A stretch of 64,000 nucleotides of DNA from Dendrobates tinctorius. Taxonomy: Eukaryota. The notes beneath the pieces are model-generated. The model did not search any database. It saw only the letters and a program-made list of their open reading frames with translations, and was not told the DNA's origin. The position numbers and the translations under genes are program-made. How positions within the stretch are numbered: position 1 is the first letter of the stretch; the number at the start of each line of letters is the position of its first letter. The stretch lies in assembly GCF_039654945.1 (NCBI RefSeq), contig NW_027361803.1:12090001-12154000 (forward strand). The letters run 5' to 3'. Below, piece after piece: positions 38,901-51,200 of the stretch.

Positions 38901-40313
38901 GTCCTCCAAGAGCAACTTCTCCCAACCGTCCAAGAGCAGTTTGGCGATCAACAATGCCTTTTTCAACATGATGGAGCACCTTGCCATAAAGCAAAGGTGA
39001 TAACTAAATGGCTCAGGGAACAAAACATAGAGACTTTGGGACCATGGCCTGGAAACTCCCCAGATCTTAATCCCATTGAGAACTTGTGGTCAATCATCAA
39101 GAGACGGGTGGACAAACAAAAACCTTCAAATTCAGACAAAATAAAAGCATTGATTTTGCAAGAATGGACTGCTATCAGTCAGGATTTCATCCAGAAGTTG
39201 ATTGAGAGCATGCCAGGGAGAATTGCTGAGGTCCTGAAGAAGAAGGGTCAACACTGCAAATATTGACTTGCTGCATTAACTCATTCTAACTGTCAATATA
39301 ACCTTTTGCTACTCATAATATGATTGAAATTATATTTCTGTATGTGATAAAAACATCTGACAAACACACATAAAAACCAGAGGCCAGCAGATCATGTGAA
39401 AATATAATATTTGTGTCATTCTCAAAACTTTTGGCCATGACTGTAGGTGTAATAATAATAATATTAGCAAATACGTCATATTAGAAATGTGGTCTAGTTC
39501 TTCTGATTCGCTACGTCTCTTCCCTCGTGTGCAGGGCATTAGGTATCTATGGTTATGGTCACTGATGATCTCTCTCGCACGCTGAATACGGCCGATTCAT
39601 GCAGATGGGAGCCGGCCATAGAGGAAGACCGGTCCGAGTGCGGTGCAAGGTGTTATCACACAGCACTCGTCCGTATTCCTCTCTAGTGTGACCCCGATCC
39701 AATACATACGACTCGTTATACTATTGCGGTAATGACCTTATAACATGGCGGCATCTTCTCCGGCGCTCCCGACACTATGGTGTCAATGGAGACGGCGTGA
39801 TCGGTGTAATCGAGGGCACGTCAGGCGGTAAATCAGAGTCACGGCGTCCGTGCGGCTCATCGTGAAGGGGGAAACGCACCGAGGAATAAGCCGGATACAA
39901 GAGGGACTGAAGACGCTGCTGCGATGACCCAGGAGCGGAGTACAGGGGCCGGCGTCACTCCAGCTGTGAGGCCGCACACACCGCTGCCACCGATCACCGG
40001 CTGCACGGTCTGCGCCCAGCTATGTGCGGCGCCTCCTCAGGGATCACATAAAGGCTCCAGTGCAGTAATGGTGACAGGAGGCCCCGGGACCTCCGGCTCT
40101 GACCGTGTGCAGGATTATCATCACGACCACAAGAGCCGGACCAATAACCGCACAATCTACACGCGCTCCTACCTCTGACACCGGCGCCGGGATGGTGAAC
40201 TCGTCCCCTGCTCCGGCCTCATCAGTCTCCGCTTCTTTCTGCTGTAATTTGGGCTTTTTGCTCCGGTTTTCAGACTCCACATTGGAGCCACGTTTTCTCC
40301 GGTACGCCGCCAT
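32983..40313 (-). CDS. BRIX1: Ribosome biogenesis protein BRX1 homolog (341 aa, 10 coding exons)
   Basis: Exons 40313-40173, 37080-36969, 36613-36570, 36167-36097, 36010-35961, 34540-34467, 34364-34314, 34234-34133, 33472-33344, 33234-32983. All GT-AG, 1026 nt in one frame. Brix motifs KERVLIFSSRGINFRTRHLM, GPSAKFLVQN, ELKMTGNCLKGSRP, LVEIGPRFVL. Confidence 0.97.
37877..39443 (+). mobile_element. Tc1/mariner transposon, DD35E type, full length (1567 bp), in BRIX1 intron 1
   Basis: TA TSD at 37875-37876 and 39444-39445; perfect 39-bp TIRs CAGTCATGGCCAAAAGTTTTGAGAATGACACAAATATTA. Confidence 0.96.
38250..39266 (+). CDS. Intact Tc1-family transposase (338 aa, DD35E)
   Basis: ATG at 38250; paired-like HTH, GRPRK, FTDES, FQHDGAP and SPDLNPIENLW; 35 residues between the second D and the E; no stops. 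Confidence 0.93.
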   Translation: MVISKETRAVIIALHKNGLTGKSIAATKITPQSTIYRIIKNFKERGSLVAKKAPGRPRKTSKRQDRLLKVFQLRDWATSSAELAQEWQQAGVSASARTVRRRLLEQGLVSRRATKKPLLSRKNIMDRLIFCKRYREWTAEDWGKVSFTDESPFRLFGTSGKWLIRRRPGERYHQSCLMPTVKHPETIHVWGGFSAKGMGSLSVLPKNTAMNKEWYQNVLQEQLLPTVQEQFGDQQCLFQHDGAPCHKAKVITKWLREQNIETLGPWPGNSPDLNPIENLWSIIKRRVDKQKPSNSDKIKALILQEWTAISQDFIQKLIESMPGRIAEVLKKKGQHCKY

Positions 40314-40340
40314 GTTGCTTGTCTACGCCGGAAGTGTTTG
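40314..40340 (-). promoter_or_regulatory. BRIX1 proximal promoter motifs
   Basis: ETS/GABPA CCGGAAGTG at 40328-40336; YY1-like AACATGGCGGC spanning the ATG; ZNF143-like ACTACAACTCCCAGCATGC further upstream at 41017-41035 (minus strand). Motif matches only. Confidence 0.5.
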
Positions 40341-40376
40341 TCTGTACAGCAGGAAGGAAAAGCTCTATGGTATGTG

Positions 40377-40905
40377 TGCTGCGGCGGAGCGCCCTCTGCT
40401 GGAGACTGCGGGGAGATGTGCGGCGGAGCGCCCTCTGCTGGAGACGTGCGGCGGAGCGCCCTCTGCTGGAGACTGCGGGGAGATGTGCGGCGGAGCGCCC
40501 TCTGCTGGAGACTGCGGGGAGATGTGCGGCGGAGCGCCCTCTGCTGGAGACTGCGGGGAGATGTGCGGCGGAGCGCCCTCTGCTGGAGACTGCGGGGAGA
40601 TGTGCGGCGGAGCGCCCTCTGCTGGAGATGTGCGGCGGAGCGCCCTCTGCTGGAGATGTGCGGCGGAGCGCCCTCTGCTGGAGACTGCGGGGAGACGTGC
40701 GGCGGAGCGCCCTCTGCTGGAGACTGCGGGGAGATGTGCGGCAGAGCGCCCTCTGCTGGAGACTGCGGGGAGATGTGCGGCGGAGAGCCCTCTGCTGGAG
40801 ATTGCGGGGAGATGTGCGGCGGAGCGCCCTCTGCTGGAGACTGCGGGGAGACGTGCGGCGGAGCGCCCTCTGCTGGAGACTGCGGGGAGATGTGCGGCAG
40901 AGACT
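40377..40905. repeat. 39-bp GC-rich minisatellite (with 28-bp variants) immediately upstream of BRIX1
   Basis: Unit TGTGCGGCGGAGCGCCCTCTGCTGGAGACTGCGGGGAGA; followed by (TA)n at 40938-40963. Confidence 0.95.
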
Positions 40906-41518
40906 CCGGCTGGTGATCGCCTCGGACTGGTCGTTTCTATATATATATATATATATATATATAGATAGAGTCATTTAAATGAGTTACAATAATTAGCTGT
41001 AATTACACTGAAGTTGGCATGCTGGGAGTTGTAGTGTCCCGTGGCGGTCGGATGCAGCCGCCGTCCGTCCTGTATTATTCGCTCACTGATGGGATCTAAT
41101 ATTTCATCACCTTAAAGTGAAAAAAAAAAATCCTTTCTGCCTCCAGATCAGACGATGAGAATAGATCCCGGGATCTCCAGTAATCGAGTCCTTGGAAAGT
41201 CATTAGATCGCCTTTCCACAGAGTAAATATCGATGGGGCTGTTCGGCACATATCACTTCAGTGGGGTCCAACACCCTGCAGCCCCACCGACCAGCCAAGC
41301 TGCAGTACCGAGAACAGTCACTACACAGTGTGGCGCTGCACTATTCGTGTCTATGCACCGTGCACATCCAGCCAGAGCCGGAATTAGGGGCAGGCAGCTG
41401 CCTAGGACGTCTGGTGACGCTCCCATCATTCCCCCTCTGCCTCAGCGTGTACCAGCAGGCGAGCTGAGACGCCCTGCAGAAGCCAGAGCAGGGGTGTAGG
41501 AGGAGGAGAGGTAAGCAT

Positions 41519-41840
41519 TGTGTGTGTGTCAGCTGCACTATACTGTGTGTGGGGCTGCATTATACTGTGTGTGTTTGTGGGGGGCTGCACTATACTGTGT
41601 GTGTGGGGCTGCACTATACTGTGTGTGTGTTTGTGGGGGGCTGCACTATACTGTGTGTGGGGGCTCCATTATACTACGAGGGTGTTACTTTATACTCGGG
41701 GGCTGCATTATACTGTGTTTGTGGGGGGTTTGAATTATACTGTGTGTGTAGGGGGGCTGCATTATACTCTGCGGGGGATACTTTCAACTCCTGAGAGGGC
41801 TGCATTATACTGTGTGGGTGTGGGGCTGCATTATACAGTA
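41519..41840. repeat. Degenerate 24-30-bp minisatellite
   Basis: GGGGCTGCA(C/T)TATACTGTGTGT repeated. Confidence 0.85.
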
Positions 41841-43351
41841 TCGAGGACTATCTGTCCCCATCATTCTTTCTCAGTTGGTGTAAAGAGGCCGGGAAACAAG
41901 TGAATGCCTTCAGTATTGGCGATCGCACTCGTTTAGCGTCCTGAACTCAGCGCACGTAAATACAACCGCAATGCTTCTGTGTGATGGTGCGATATGTCAG
42001 CATTTGGGGCCCCACCTTAACTTTAGCCCAGGGCCCTAATTTGGCTAAAATCGGCCCTGCATCCAGCCACAGCGGGAGCGGAAAACAGCTGATCAGTCCA
42101 TGCTGCCACCGATCTGACACTGATGACCAGTCTGTGATTGGCTGCAGCGGTCTGTCGGCGGGTTGATGGGTGACCTCCCAGAGTTTTCCATTCCCCGACA
42201 GGTGGCGCTGTGCTGTCACAGACTCATCTTTTGCGCAAGGCTATTTCCATTCTAGGTGATCCGTGACAATATACTTTCTGGGCCCCCAGGGACAATAGTC
42301 CCTTATTCTCAGGATTAGAGGGGTCATAGCGGTCAGACCGCGCCGAACATGAAGTGACGGCATATCCTAAAGTGATAAACGCGATGGCCTTAGAAAATGG
42401 CCATATCCCTTTAAAGCTCAGTAGTTTATAAACAGCAGCTAATGTGCCCAAGCATTGCTGCAGGGTAAAGCATGGGGGACAGAGACAGCAATACGTACAA
42501 TGTAATTGTGAAGCGGGAGCAAAACATAAAAATACCTTACTACAGGTATCAAAGATTCATTCATAAATATATATTGACAGAAAAACACATTGAAAAATAT
42601 TACTTTTTATAATATACAAAAATATATATACTAGCGCAGAAAGGGAGGTTGTCATATACGGCAGCCACAGATCTGGGGCGCCCTAATAGCCCTGCAGCAT
42701 CGATCAGATCGTGGGGGTCCGACACCCATCAGCTGTTTCCAGCCCCCAAACTACACAATGTCCTGAGCTGAGACATCAAAGCGCCATACTCCGTCTAGTG
42801 GCCATAATCAGTACTGCAGCTCGGATCACATTCAGGTCAATAGTTGCTGAGCTGCAGTACCAACAATGGCACCACAAAGTGGATGGCGCTGTGCTGTTTT
42901 GGCTCCATACACTGTGCTGCAATCAGTTGATGATGGGGGACTGTTGGGCATCAGACCTCCTTTTCTAACATTAGGTCATCAATATCTTGGTCTTGGACGT
43001 CCCCTTTAAAACAACGGCTCAGTCATCCTTTACACCAGGTAGTAAATTGGTCCTGAAACCAGCAGAGCTGAAAGCGCACAGAAAACTCTCCATACGGGAT
43101 GCAATTGGAACAAAACCTAAACTGTAAGAACAGAGAGAGAATGTTCCACACAAGCAGACGCAAGACCGCCAACCTGTGCAACACATTATTGGATGTTTTA
43201 GGATGACCAGACTGTGATTGGCTGCAGCGGTCTGTCAGCTGTTTGATGGGTGACGTCTCAGATCACAGAGCCGGCAGGCAAGTACCACATAATTTGCTAT
43301 TTCTTACAGATCCCAGTCTCCGGCCGACCCCTTTAGAGAGTCGGCGTGCCG

Positions 43352-45159
43352 TTAGGAGTCTCCTTCCTGAAGATCCTCATCTGGAGAGCAGTAATACTCC
43401 ACGAAGCAGATCTGGCCGTCCTCGTTCCTGACCATGTACTGCAGAGACAGGAAGCCTCGGCTGTCGGTGCGGATGGACACCTTGCAGGACAGGGCCAGCG
43501 CCTTGGTGGACGGCTTCAGCAGAGAGATCTTATACCTGCGGCAGAAGAGAGAAAACACAACATGTCTGTTTTGGTGGCAGTGGATGTCCTGCGCTGCCGG
43601 TTCTGTCACTGTATAGTGGCCGCTCCCGGTACTGCAGCTCGGCTCTTGTGAATGTGACCTGAGATGCAGTACCGAGAATGGCCACTAGGCAGGCAGCGAA
43701 GGACAAACATCGGCATCAGCTGCGGATTCTTTTGCATGTGCCGCAGGTGAGGAGCGGTGACCGCCGGTGATCCTCGCTCCGCCATCTCACCTGTTGGTCT
43801 GTGTCTGGCTGCAGTGAAACGCTTCTATCAGGTCGGAGTCCTTGGGATAATCCAGGTGGGCGCTGCCGGCGTTCCCGAACGTGGAGAGTCTGCGAGGAGA
43901 ATAACGGATCAGGATCTAATACGGGGGAGGCAGGAAAAACACTTTTTTTTTTTTTTGCAGCATTTTTTAAGGGTCTGACTTTTGCTAGATGGTCCCAGGA
44001 TATCTACATACACCAATGAGCTGAGGGGTTGTTACAATTGCATCCAGTGCAGACAATCCTCTGGGATCACCTCAGGTAGGGCTTGTCCGGAGACATGGTG
44101 ATCTGCAGGAAGTCGCTGCTCATGTCCAGCTCGGAGAACGCCTCTCTCAGCCCCTCCGACTGCAGGATGATCTTATTCACCACGTTGGTGCTGCAGAAAT
44201 CGAAGTCCAGCGTCTCCTCGGGCTCCTGGGTGTGAATCTTACACACCGTCACCACCCCGCCTTCCTCCAGGAATAAGGTCAGGGGGTGGCCGTAGCCCCG
44301 GTAGCCCATCTTCAGGGCAGTGCAGGTGGCTGGAATAAGACAGAGGACATATAGGAAATGCAGCAGATCAGAAGAACCAGGAGGATCAGGATGAACAGCA
44401 CCGAACGTGTCTGACACACCGGAATATAGAGGGGTCTCCGCGTCCCCTCTCTCTACCCTGAGTATAATCACCTGGTACAGCACCGGCCCCAAAAATTGTC
44501 AAGCAGTCGAGGAGGACGGTGAGATTGATGCGAAACACGACAGAATCCTCCCGGACGTTGAATTCCTGGAATATCCCGGCCTGGTGGATAAAGGAGGAAA
44601 AGTCAGTGACACCACGGACAAGACCGCCGGGCGCCGTGTGGCTGCTGCCGGGTGTTGTAAGTCTGCTGGTGGGCGCCAGCCGATGTGTCGTGTGCCTGGA
44701 GTTGGGCGTCATAAGTCTGCCGCCGGGTGTCGTGTGGCTGCCGCCGGGTGTTGTGTGGCTGCCGCCTGCGCTTCTCAAATTCCTCAATGTCTATAAAACC
44801 TCATCTTGCTGTCAGTGAATCAAACACAACTTTCCATTAAGGGACAGAAATCTGAATAGTATCCAGTGTTGCCCGTGCACTGATCTCGCTGCTGGTTTGT
44901 CACAGTGTATCAGTCGTTTTGCTCACTGTCTGGATACAGTAGAGAATAACGCGGCGGCTCCCACCTGTATGAAGGCGTTGGCCTGCAGGCATTTAGCATT
45001 TTCCACCGTGACTTTGAGGCCGTTGCTGGTGGCGAAGCAGGACGCGTGGTCCTTGAAGTGAACGGCCTTCAGGATGTTGGAGAGGTTGCGGACGTTGTCC
45101 AGGCTGCAGGCGAACACGTACTCGTCCTCATCCACCTCCGACTGAGAGAAGAACGACAT
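43352..45159 (-). CDS. RAD1: Cell cycle checkpoint protein RAD1 (9-1-1 clamp subunit; 281 aa, 5 coding exons)
   Basis: Exons 45159-44965, 44580-44472, 44329-44071, 43889-43791, 43535-43352. GT-AG, 846 nt in one frame. Motifs SLDNVRNLSNILKAVHFKD, VENAKCLQANAFIQ, YKISLLKPSTKALALSCKVSIRTD. An acceptor at 45170-45171 implies an upstream non-coding exon. Confidence 0.97.
44626..44766. repeat. Short ~21-bp tandem repeat in a RAD1 intron
   Basis: GCCGCCGGGTGT(C/T)GTGTGGCT-like units. Confidence 0.65.
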
Positions 45160-45213
45160 GGCCGGAGACCTGGACCGAAAGAAGAGAGAAAGTAGTGAAT
45201 ACAGGAGGCGGCG

Positions 45214-47581
45214 CGACACGGGAACCCACCGACCGCAGGCACGGGAACCCACCGACCGCAGGCACGGGCTCCCACCGACCGCAGGCACGGGCTCCCACCG
45301 ACCGCAGGCACGGGCTCCCACCGACCGCAGGCACGGGCTCCCACCGACACGGGAACCCACCGACCGCAGGCACGGGCTCCCACCGACCGCAGGCACGGGC
45401 TCCCACCGACACGGGAACCCACCGACCGCAGGCACGGGCTCCCACCGACCGCAGGCACGGGCTCCCACCGACCGCAGGCACGGGCTCCCACCGACACGGG
45501 AACCCACCGACCGCAGGCACGGGCTCCCACCGACCGCAGGCACGGGCTCCCACCGACCGCAGGCACGGGCTCCCACCGACCGCAGGCACGGGCTCCCACC
45601 GACACGGGCTCCCACCGACCGCAGGCACGGGCTCCCACCGACACGGGAACCCACCGACCGCAGGCACGGGCTCCCACCGACCGCAGGCACGGGCTCCCAC
45701 CGACCGCAGGCACGGGCTCCCACCGACCGCAGGCACGGGCTCCCACCGACCGCAGGCACGGGCTCCCACCGACACGGGAACCCACCGACCGCAGGCACGG
45801 GCTCCCACCGACCGCAGGCACGGGCTCCCACCGACCGCAGGCACGGGCTCCCACCGACACGGGCTCCCACCGACCGCAGGCACGGGCTCCCACCGACACG
45901 GGAACCCACCGACCGCAGGCACGGGCTCCCACCGACCGCAGGCACGGGAACCCACCGACTGCAGGCACGGGCTCCCACCGACCGCAGGCACGGGCTCCCA
46001 CCGACCGCAGGCACGGGAACCCACCGACTGCAGGCACGGGCTCCCACCGACACGGGAACCCACCGACCGCAGGCACGGGCTCCCACCGACTGCAGGCACG
46101 GGCTCCCACCGACACGGGAACCCACCGACCGCAGGCACGGGCTCCCACCGACACGGGCTCCCACCGACCGCAGGCACGGGCTCCCACCGACCGCAGGCTC
46201 CCACCGACACGGGAACCCACCGACCGCAGGCTCCCACCGACACGGGCTCCCACCGACCGCAGGCACGGGCTCCCACCGACCGCAGGCACGGGCTCCCACC
46301 GACCGCAGGCACGGGCTCCCACCGACACGGGCTCCCACCGACCGCAGGCACGGGCTCCCACCGACACGGGAACCCACCGACCGCAGGCACGGGCTCCCAC
46401 CGACCGCAGGCACGGGCTCCCACCGACACGGGCTCCCACCAACCGCAGGCACGGGCTCCCACCGACACGGGAACCCACCGACCGCAGGCACGGGCTCCCA
46501 CCGACCGCAGGCACGGGCTCCCACCGACACGGGAACCCACCGACCGCAGGCACGGGCTCCCACCGACCGCAGGCACGGGCTCCCACCGACCGCAGGCACG
46601 GGCTCCCACCGACACGGGCTCCCACCGACCGCAGGCACGGGCTCCCACCGACACGGGCACCCACCGACCGCAGGCACGGGCTCCCACCGACCGCAGGCAC
46701 GGGCTCCCACCGACCGCAGGCACGGGCTCCCACCGACCGCAGGCACGGGCTCCCACCGACCGCAGGCACGGGAACCCACCGACCGCAGGCACGGGAACCC
46801 ACCGACCGCAGGCACGGGAACCCACCGACCGCAGGCACGGGAACCCACCGACCGCAGGCACGGGCTCCCACCGACTGCAGGCACGGGCTCCCACCGACAC
46901 GGGAACCCACCGACCGCAGGCACGGGCTCCCACCGACACGGGAACCCACCGACCGCAGGCACGGGCTCCCACCGACCGCAGGCACGGGAACCCACCGACC
47001 GCAGGCACGGGAACCCACCGACCGCAGGCACGGGAACCCACCGACACGGGAACCCACCGACCGCAGGCTCCCACCGACACGGGAACCCACCGACCGCAGG
47101 CTCCCACCGACACGGGAACCCACCGACCGCAGGCTCCCACCGACACGGGAACCCACCGACCGCAGGCTCCCACCGACACGGGAACCCACCGACCGCAGGC
47201 TCCCACCGACACGGGAACCCACCGACCGCAGGCTCCCACCGACACGGGAACCCACCGACCGCAGGCTCCCACCGACACGGGAACCCACCGACCGCAGGCT
47301 CCCACCGACACGGGAACCCACCGACCGCAGGCTCCCACCGACACGGGAACCCACCGACCGCAGGCTCCCACCGACACGGGAACCCACCGACCGCAGGCTC
47401 CCACCGACACGGGAACCCACCGACCGCAGGCTCCCACCGACACGGGAACCCACCGACCGCAGGCTCCCACCGACACGGGAACCCACCGACCGCAGGCTCC
47501 CACCGACACGGGAACCCACCGACCGCAGGCTCCCACCGACCGCAGGCTCCCACCGACCGCAGGCACGGGCTCCCACCGACC
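45214..47581. repeat. 2.4-kb C-rich minisatellite (23/16-bp modules, with a homogeneous 33-bp block at about 47045-47520) upstream of the RAD1 coding exons
   Basis: Units CCACCGACCGCAGGCACGGGCTC and CCACCGACACGGGAAC. Confidence 0.97.
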
Positions 47582-47819
47582 GTCCCCTGACAATCCGCGG
47601 CTCCGTTCCCCCCCGGCTCCGCTCACTGACAGCGCTGACACCAGAGCCGCCGATCAATAATGGAAAAGAAAAATAACAGAACTCCCTGCACACAGGTCGC
47701 CACTTTCTCCTCTGGTGCAATCTTTTGCGACACTTTGGCCAATCCGTTTCTCGCTTTACGGCTCCACATCGGCGCCCCCTAGACCCCAGTAACAATGTGC
47801 AATAAGTATAAAAGCCAGC

Positions 47820-48250
47820 AGTACTACAAGTCCCAGCAGTGCGCTCTCACTTCACGCAGAGCAGTAACGCAGGCGGCACGCACCTCTCACCGTCTCCTCC
47901 ACTTAGAGGGCGGTTTTCATCAGCCCCAGAGCTCCACAACACGATGTCAGCACGACTAGTCGGTGTCAGCCATGTTTAAGAAGACGCAGTCGCTGCAGAG
48001 AACCTGCATCAGACGCAGCAAACATGGCGCCTGCAATGATGACACCAATGAACTGAGGTTTTTCCCCTAGCAAGGTTCGAGAAAGTGATGTAACTGCGCA
48101 GGCGCAGAGAAGGACTCAGTGAGGTGAATTCTGGGAGAATACTGAAACGGTTACCCAGGTGATAGGCAGAGGGCGGAGCTGTGGCTTTCCACTTCCGGGT
48201 TAGGGCCCACGTGTGCTCGCTGCGGGGTCAGCCGGCGAGTTGTGCGAGCG
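47820..48250. promoter_or_regulatory. Putative bidirectional RAD1/DNAJC21 promoter
   Basis: Lies between divergent genes. ZNF143-like ACTACAAGTCCCAGCA from 47823, YY1-like AACATGGCG near 48021, NRF1-like TGCGCAGGCGCA at 48095-48106, GC box at 48171, ETS ACTTCCGG at 48191-48198, E-box CACGTG at 48208-48213. Confidence 0.7.
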
Positions 48251-51200
48251 ATGCGGTGTCACTACGAGGTGCTCGGGGTCCGCAGGGACTGCACGGACGA
48301 TGACCTGAAGAGGGCGTACAGGAAGCTGGCGCTGCGGTGGCATCCGGGTGAGGCGGGCTTAAAGGGACATCTCTTAAAGGGGCAGTGCACTGCTCAGGCT
48401 GCGCCGGTGTAATTACATGGAAGGTTTATTTCCCCTGATAATTAATTACATTCTCCCAGAAGCCCAGCTCCTGCTGCCGGCCATGGTGGTGTCATGTGAC
48501 GCGTCCAGCGCTCCTCTGAGGTTATTGGTGGCCTTTGTGTCAATCAACGCAGCAGGGGAGGAGCTTACTATAGAGGGAGACACTTGGCTACGCCCACTGA
48601 ATACATGAGGCTTCATTTGCATACAGCAAATGACAGTTGCCCCGGGGTTAGTCCTGCTGACAGGCTCCCTTTCCTTAATTCCTTTGTGCACCTCTGCTGC
48701 CAGTTCAGCAACGCGAGTCGCTCCCGACGCTTCCCGTAGATGTCGACGCGAGTCGCTCCCGACGCTTCCCGTAGATGTCGACGCGAGTCGCTCCCGACGC
48801 TTCCCGTAGATGTCGACGCGAGTCGCTCCCGACGCTTCCCGTAGATGTCGACGCGAGTCGCTCCCGACGCTTCCCGTAGATGTCGACGCGAGTCGCTCCC
48901 GACGCTTCCGGTAGATGTCGACGCGAGTCGCTCCCGACGCTTCCGGTAGATGTCGACGCGAGTCGCTCCCGACGCTTCCCGTAGATGTCGACGCGAGTCG
49001 CTCCCGACGCTTCCCGTAGATGTCGACGCGAGTCGCTCCCGACGCTTCCCGTAGATGTCGACGCGAGTCGCTCCCGACGCTTCCCGTAGATGTCGACGCG
49101 AGTCGCTCCCGACGCTTCCCGTAGATGTCGACGCGAGTCGCTCCCGACGCTTCCCGTAGATGTCGACGCGAGTCGCTCCCGACGCTTCCCGTAGATGTCG
49201 ACGCGAGTCGCTCCCGACGCTTCCCGTAGATGTCGACGCGAGTCGCTCCCGACGCTTCCCGTAGATGTCGACGCGAGTCGCTCCCGACGCTTCCCGTAGA
49301 TGTCGACGCGAGTCGCTCCCGACGCTTCCCGTAGATGTCGACGCGAGTCGCTCCCGACGCTTCCCGTAGATGTCGACGCGAGTCGCTCCCGACGCTTCCC
49401 GTAGATGTCGACGCGAGTCGCTCCCGACGCTTCCCGTAGATGTCGACGCGAGTCGCTCCCGACGCTTCCCGTAGATGTCGACGCGAGACGCTCCCGACGC
49501 TTTCCGTAGATCTCGACGCGAGTCGCTCCCGACGCTTCCCGTAGATCCCGACACTTCCCATAGATCTTGACGCGAGTCGCTCCCGACGCTTCCCGTAGAT
49601 CCCTACACTTCCCATAGATCTTGAGTCGAGTCGCTCCCGACGCTTCCCGTAGATCCCGACGCAAGACGCTCCCGACGCTTCCCGTAGATCCCGACACTTC
49701 CCATAGATCTCGACGCGAGTCGCTCCCGACGCTTCCCATAGATCTCGACGCAAGTCGCTCCCGACGCTTCCCGTAGATCCCGACACTTCCCGTAGATCTC
49801 GACGAGTCGCTCCCGTCGCAAGATGCTCCAGACACTTCCCATAGATCTCGACGCGAGTCACTCCCGACGCTTCCTGTAGATCTCGACGCGAGTCGATCCC
49901 GACACTTCCCGTAGATCTCGACGAGTAGCTCCAGACGCTTCCCGTAGATCCCGACGCTTCCCGTAGATGTCGACGCGAGACGCTCCCGACGCTTCCCGTA
50001 GATGTCGACGCGAGACGCTCCCGACGCTTCCCGTAGATGTCGACGCGAGACGCTCCCGACGCTTCCCGTAGATGTCGACGCGAGACGCTCCCGACGCTTC
50101 CCGTAGATGTCGACGCGAGACGCTCCCGACGCTTCCCGTAGATGTCGACGCGAGACGCTCCCGACGCTTCCCGTAGATGTCGACGCGAGACGCTCCCGAC
50201 GCTTCCCGTAGATGTCGACGCGAGACGCTCCCGACGCTTCCCGTAGATGTCGACGCGAGACGCTCCCGACGCTTCCCGTAGATGTCGACGCGAGACGCTC
50301 CCGACGCTTCCCGTAGATGTCGACGCGAGACGCTCCCGACGCTTCCCGTAGATGTCGACGCGAGACGCTCCCGACGCTTCCCGTAGATGTCGACGCGAGA
50401 CGCTCCCGACGCTTCCCGTAGATGTCGACGCGAGACGCTTCCCGTAGATGTCGACGCGAGACGCTCCCGACGCTTCCCGTAGATGTCGACGCGAGACGCT
50501 CCCGACGCTTCCCGTAGATGTCGACGCGAGACGCTCCCGACGCTTCCCGTAGATGTCGACGCGAGACGCTCCCGACGCTTCCCGTAGATGTCGACGCGAG
50601 ACGCTCCCGACGCTTCCCGTAGATGTCGATGCGAGACGCTCCCAACACTTCCCGTAGATGTCGACGCGAGACGCTCCCGACGCTTCCCGTAGATGTCGAC
50701 GCGAGACGCTCCCGACGCTTCCCGTAGATGTCGACGCGAGACGCTCCCGACGCTTCCCGTAGATGTCGACGCGAGACGCTCCCGACGCTTCCCGTAGATG
50801 TCGACGCGAGACGCTCCCGACGCTTCCCGTAGATGTCGACGCGAGACGCTCCCGACGCTTCCCGTAGATGTCGACGCGAGACGCTCCCGACGCTTCCCGT
50901 AGATGTCGACGCGAGACGCTTCCCGTAGATGTCGACGCGAGACGCTCCCGACGCTTCCCGTAGATGTCGACGCGAGACGCTCCCGACGCTTCCCGTAGAT
51001 GTCGACGCGAGACGCTCCCGACGCTTCCCGTAGATGTCGATGCGAGACGCTCCCAACACTTCCCGTAGATGTCGACGCGAGACGCTCCCGACGCTTCCCG
51101 TAGATGTCGACGCGAGACGCTCCCGACGCTTCCCGTAGATGTCGACGCGAGACGCTCCCGACGCTTCCCGTAGATGTCGACGCGAGACGCTCCCGACGCT

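Noticed and set aside
40105-40978. Overlapping 190-290-aa ORFs upstream of BRIX1
   Set aside because: Produced by the 39-bp minisatellite.
44923-47795. 800-900-aa ORFs on both strands, one running into RAD1
   Set aside because: They are translations of a stop-free minisatellite. RAD1 has its own acceptor at 45170 and ATG at 45159.
47840-48160. RAD1 non-coding exon 1
   Set aside because: Several candidate minus-strand donors (near 47890 and 48154) exist and I cannot choose between them without transcript data.
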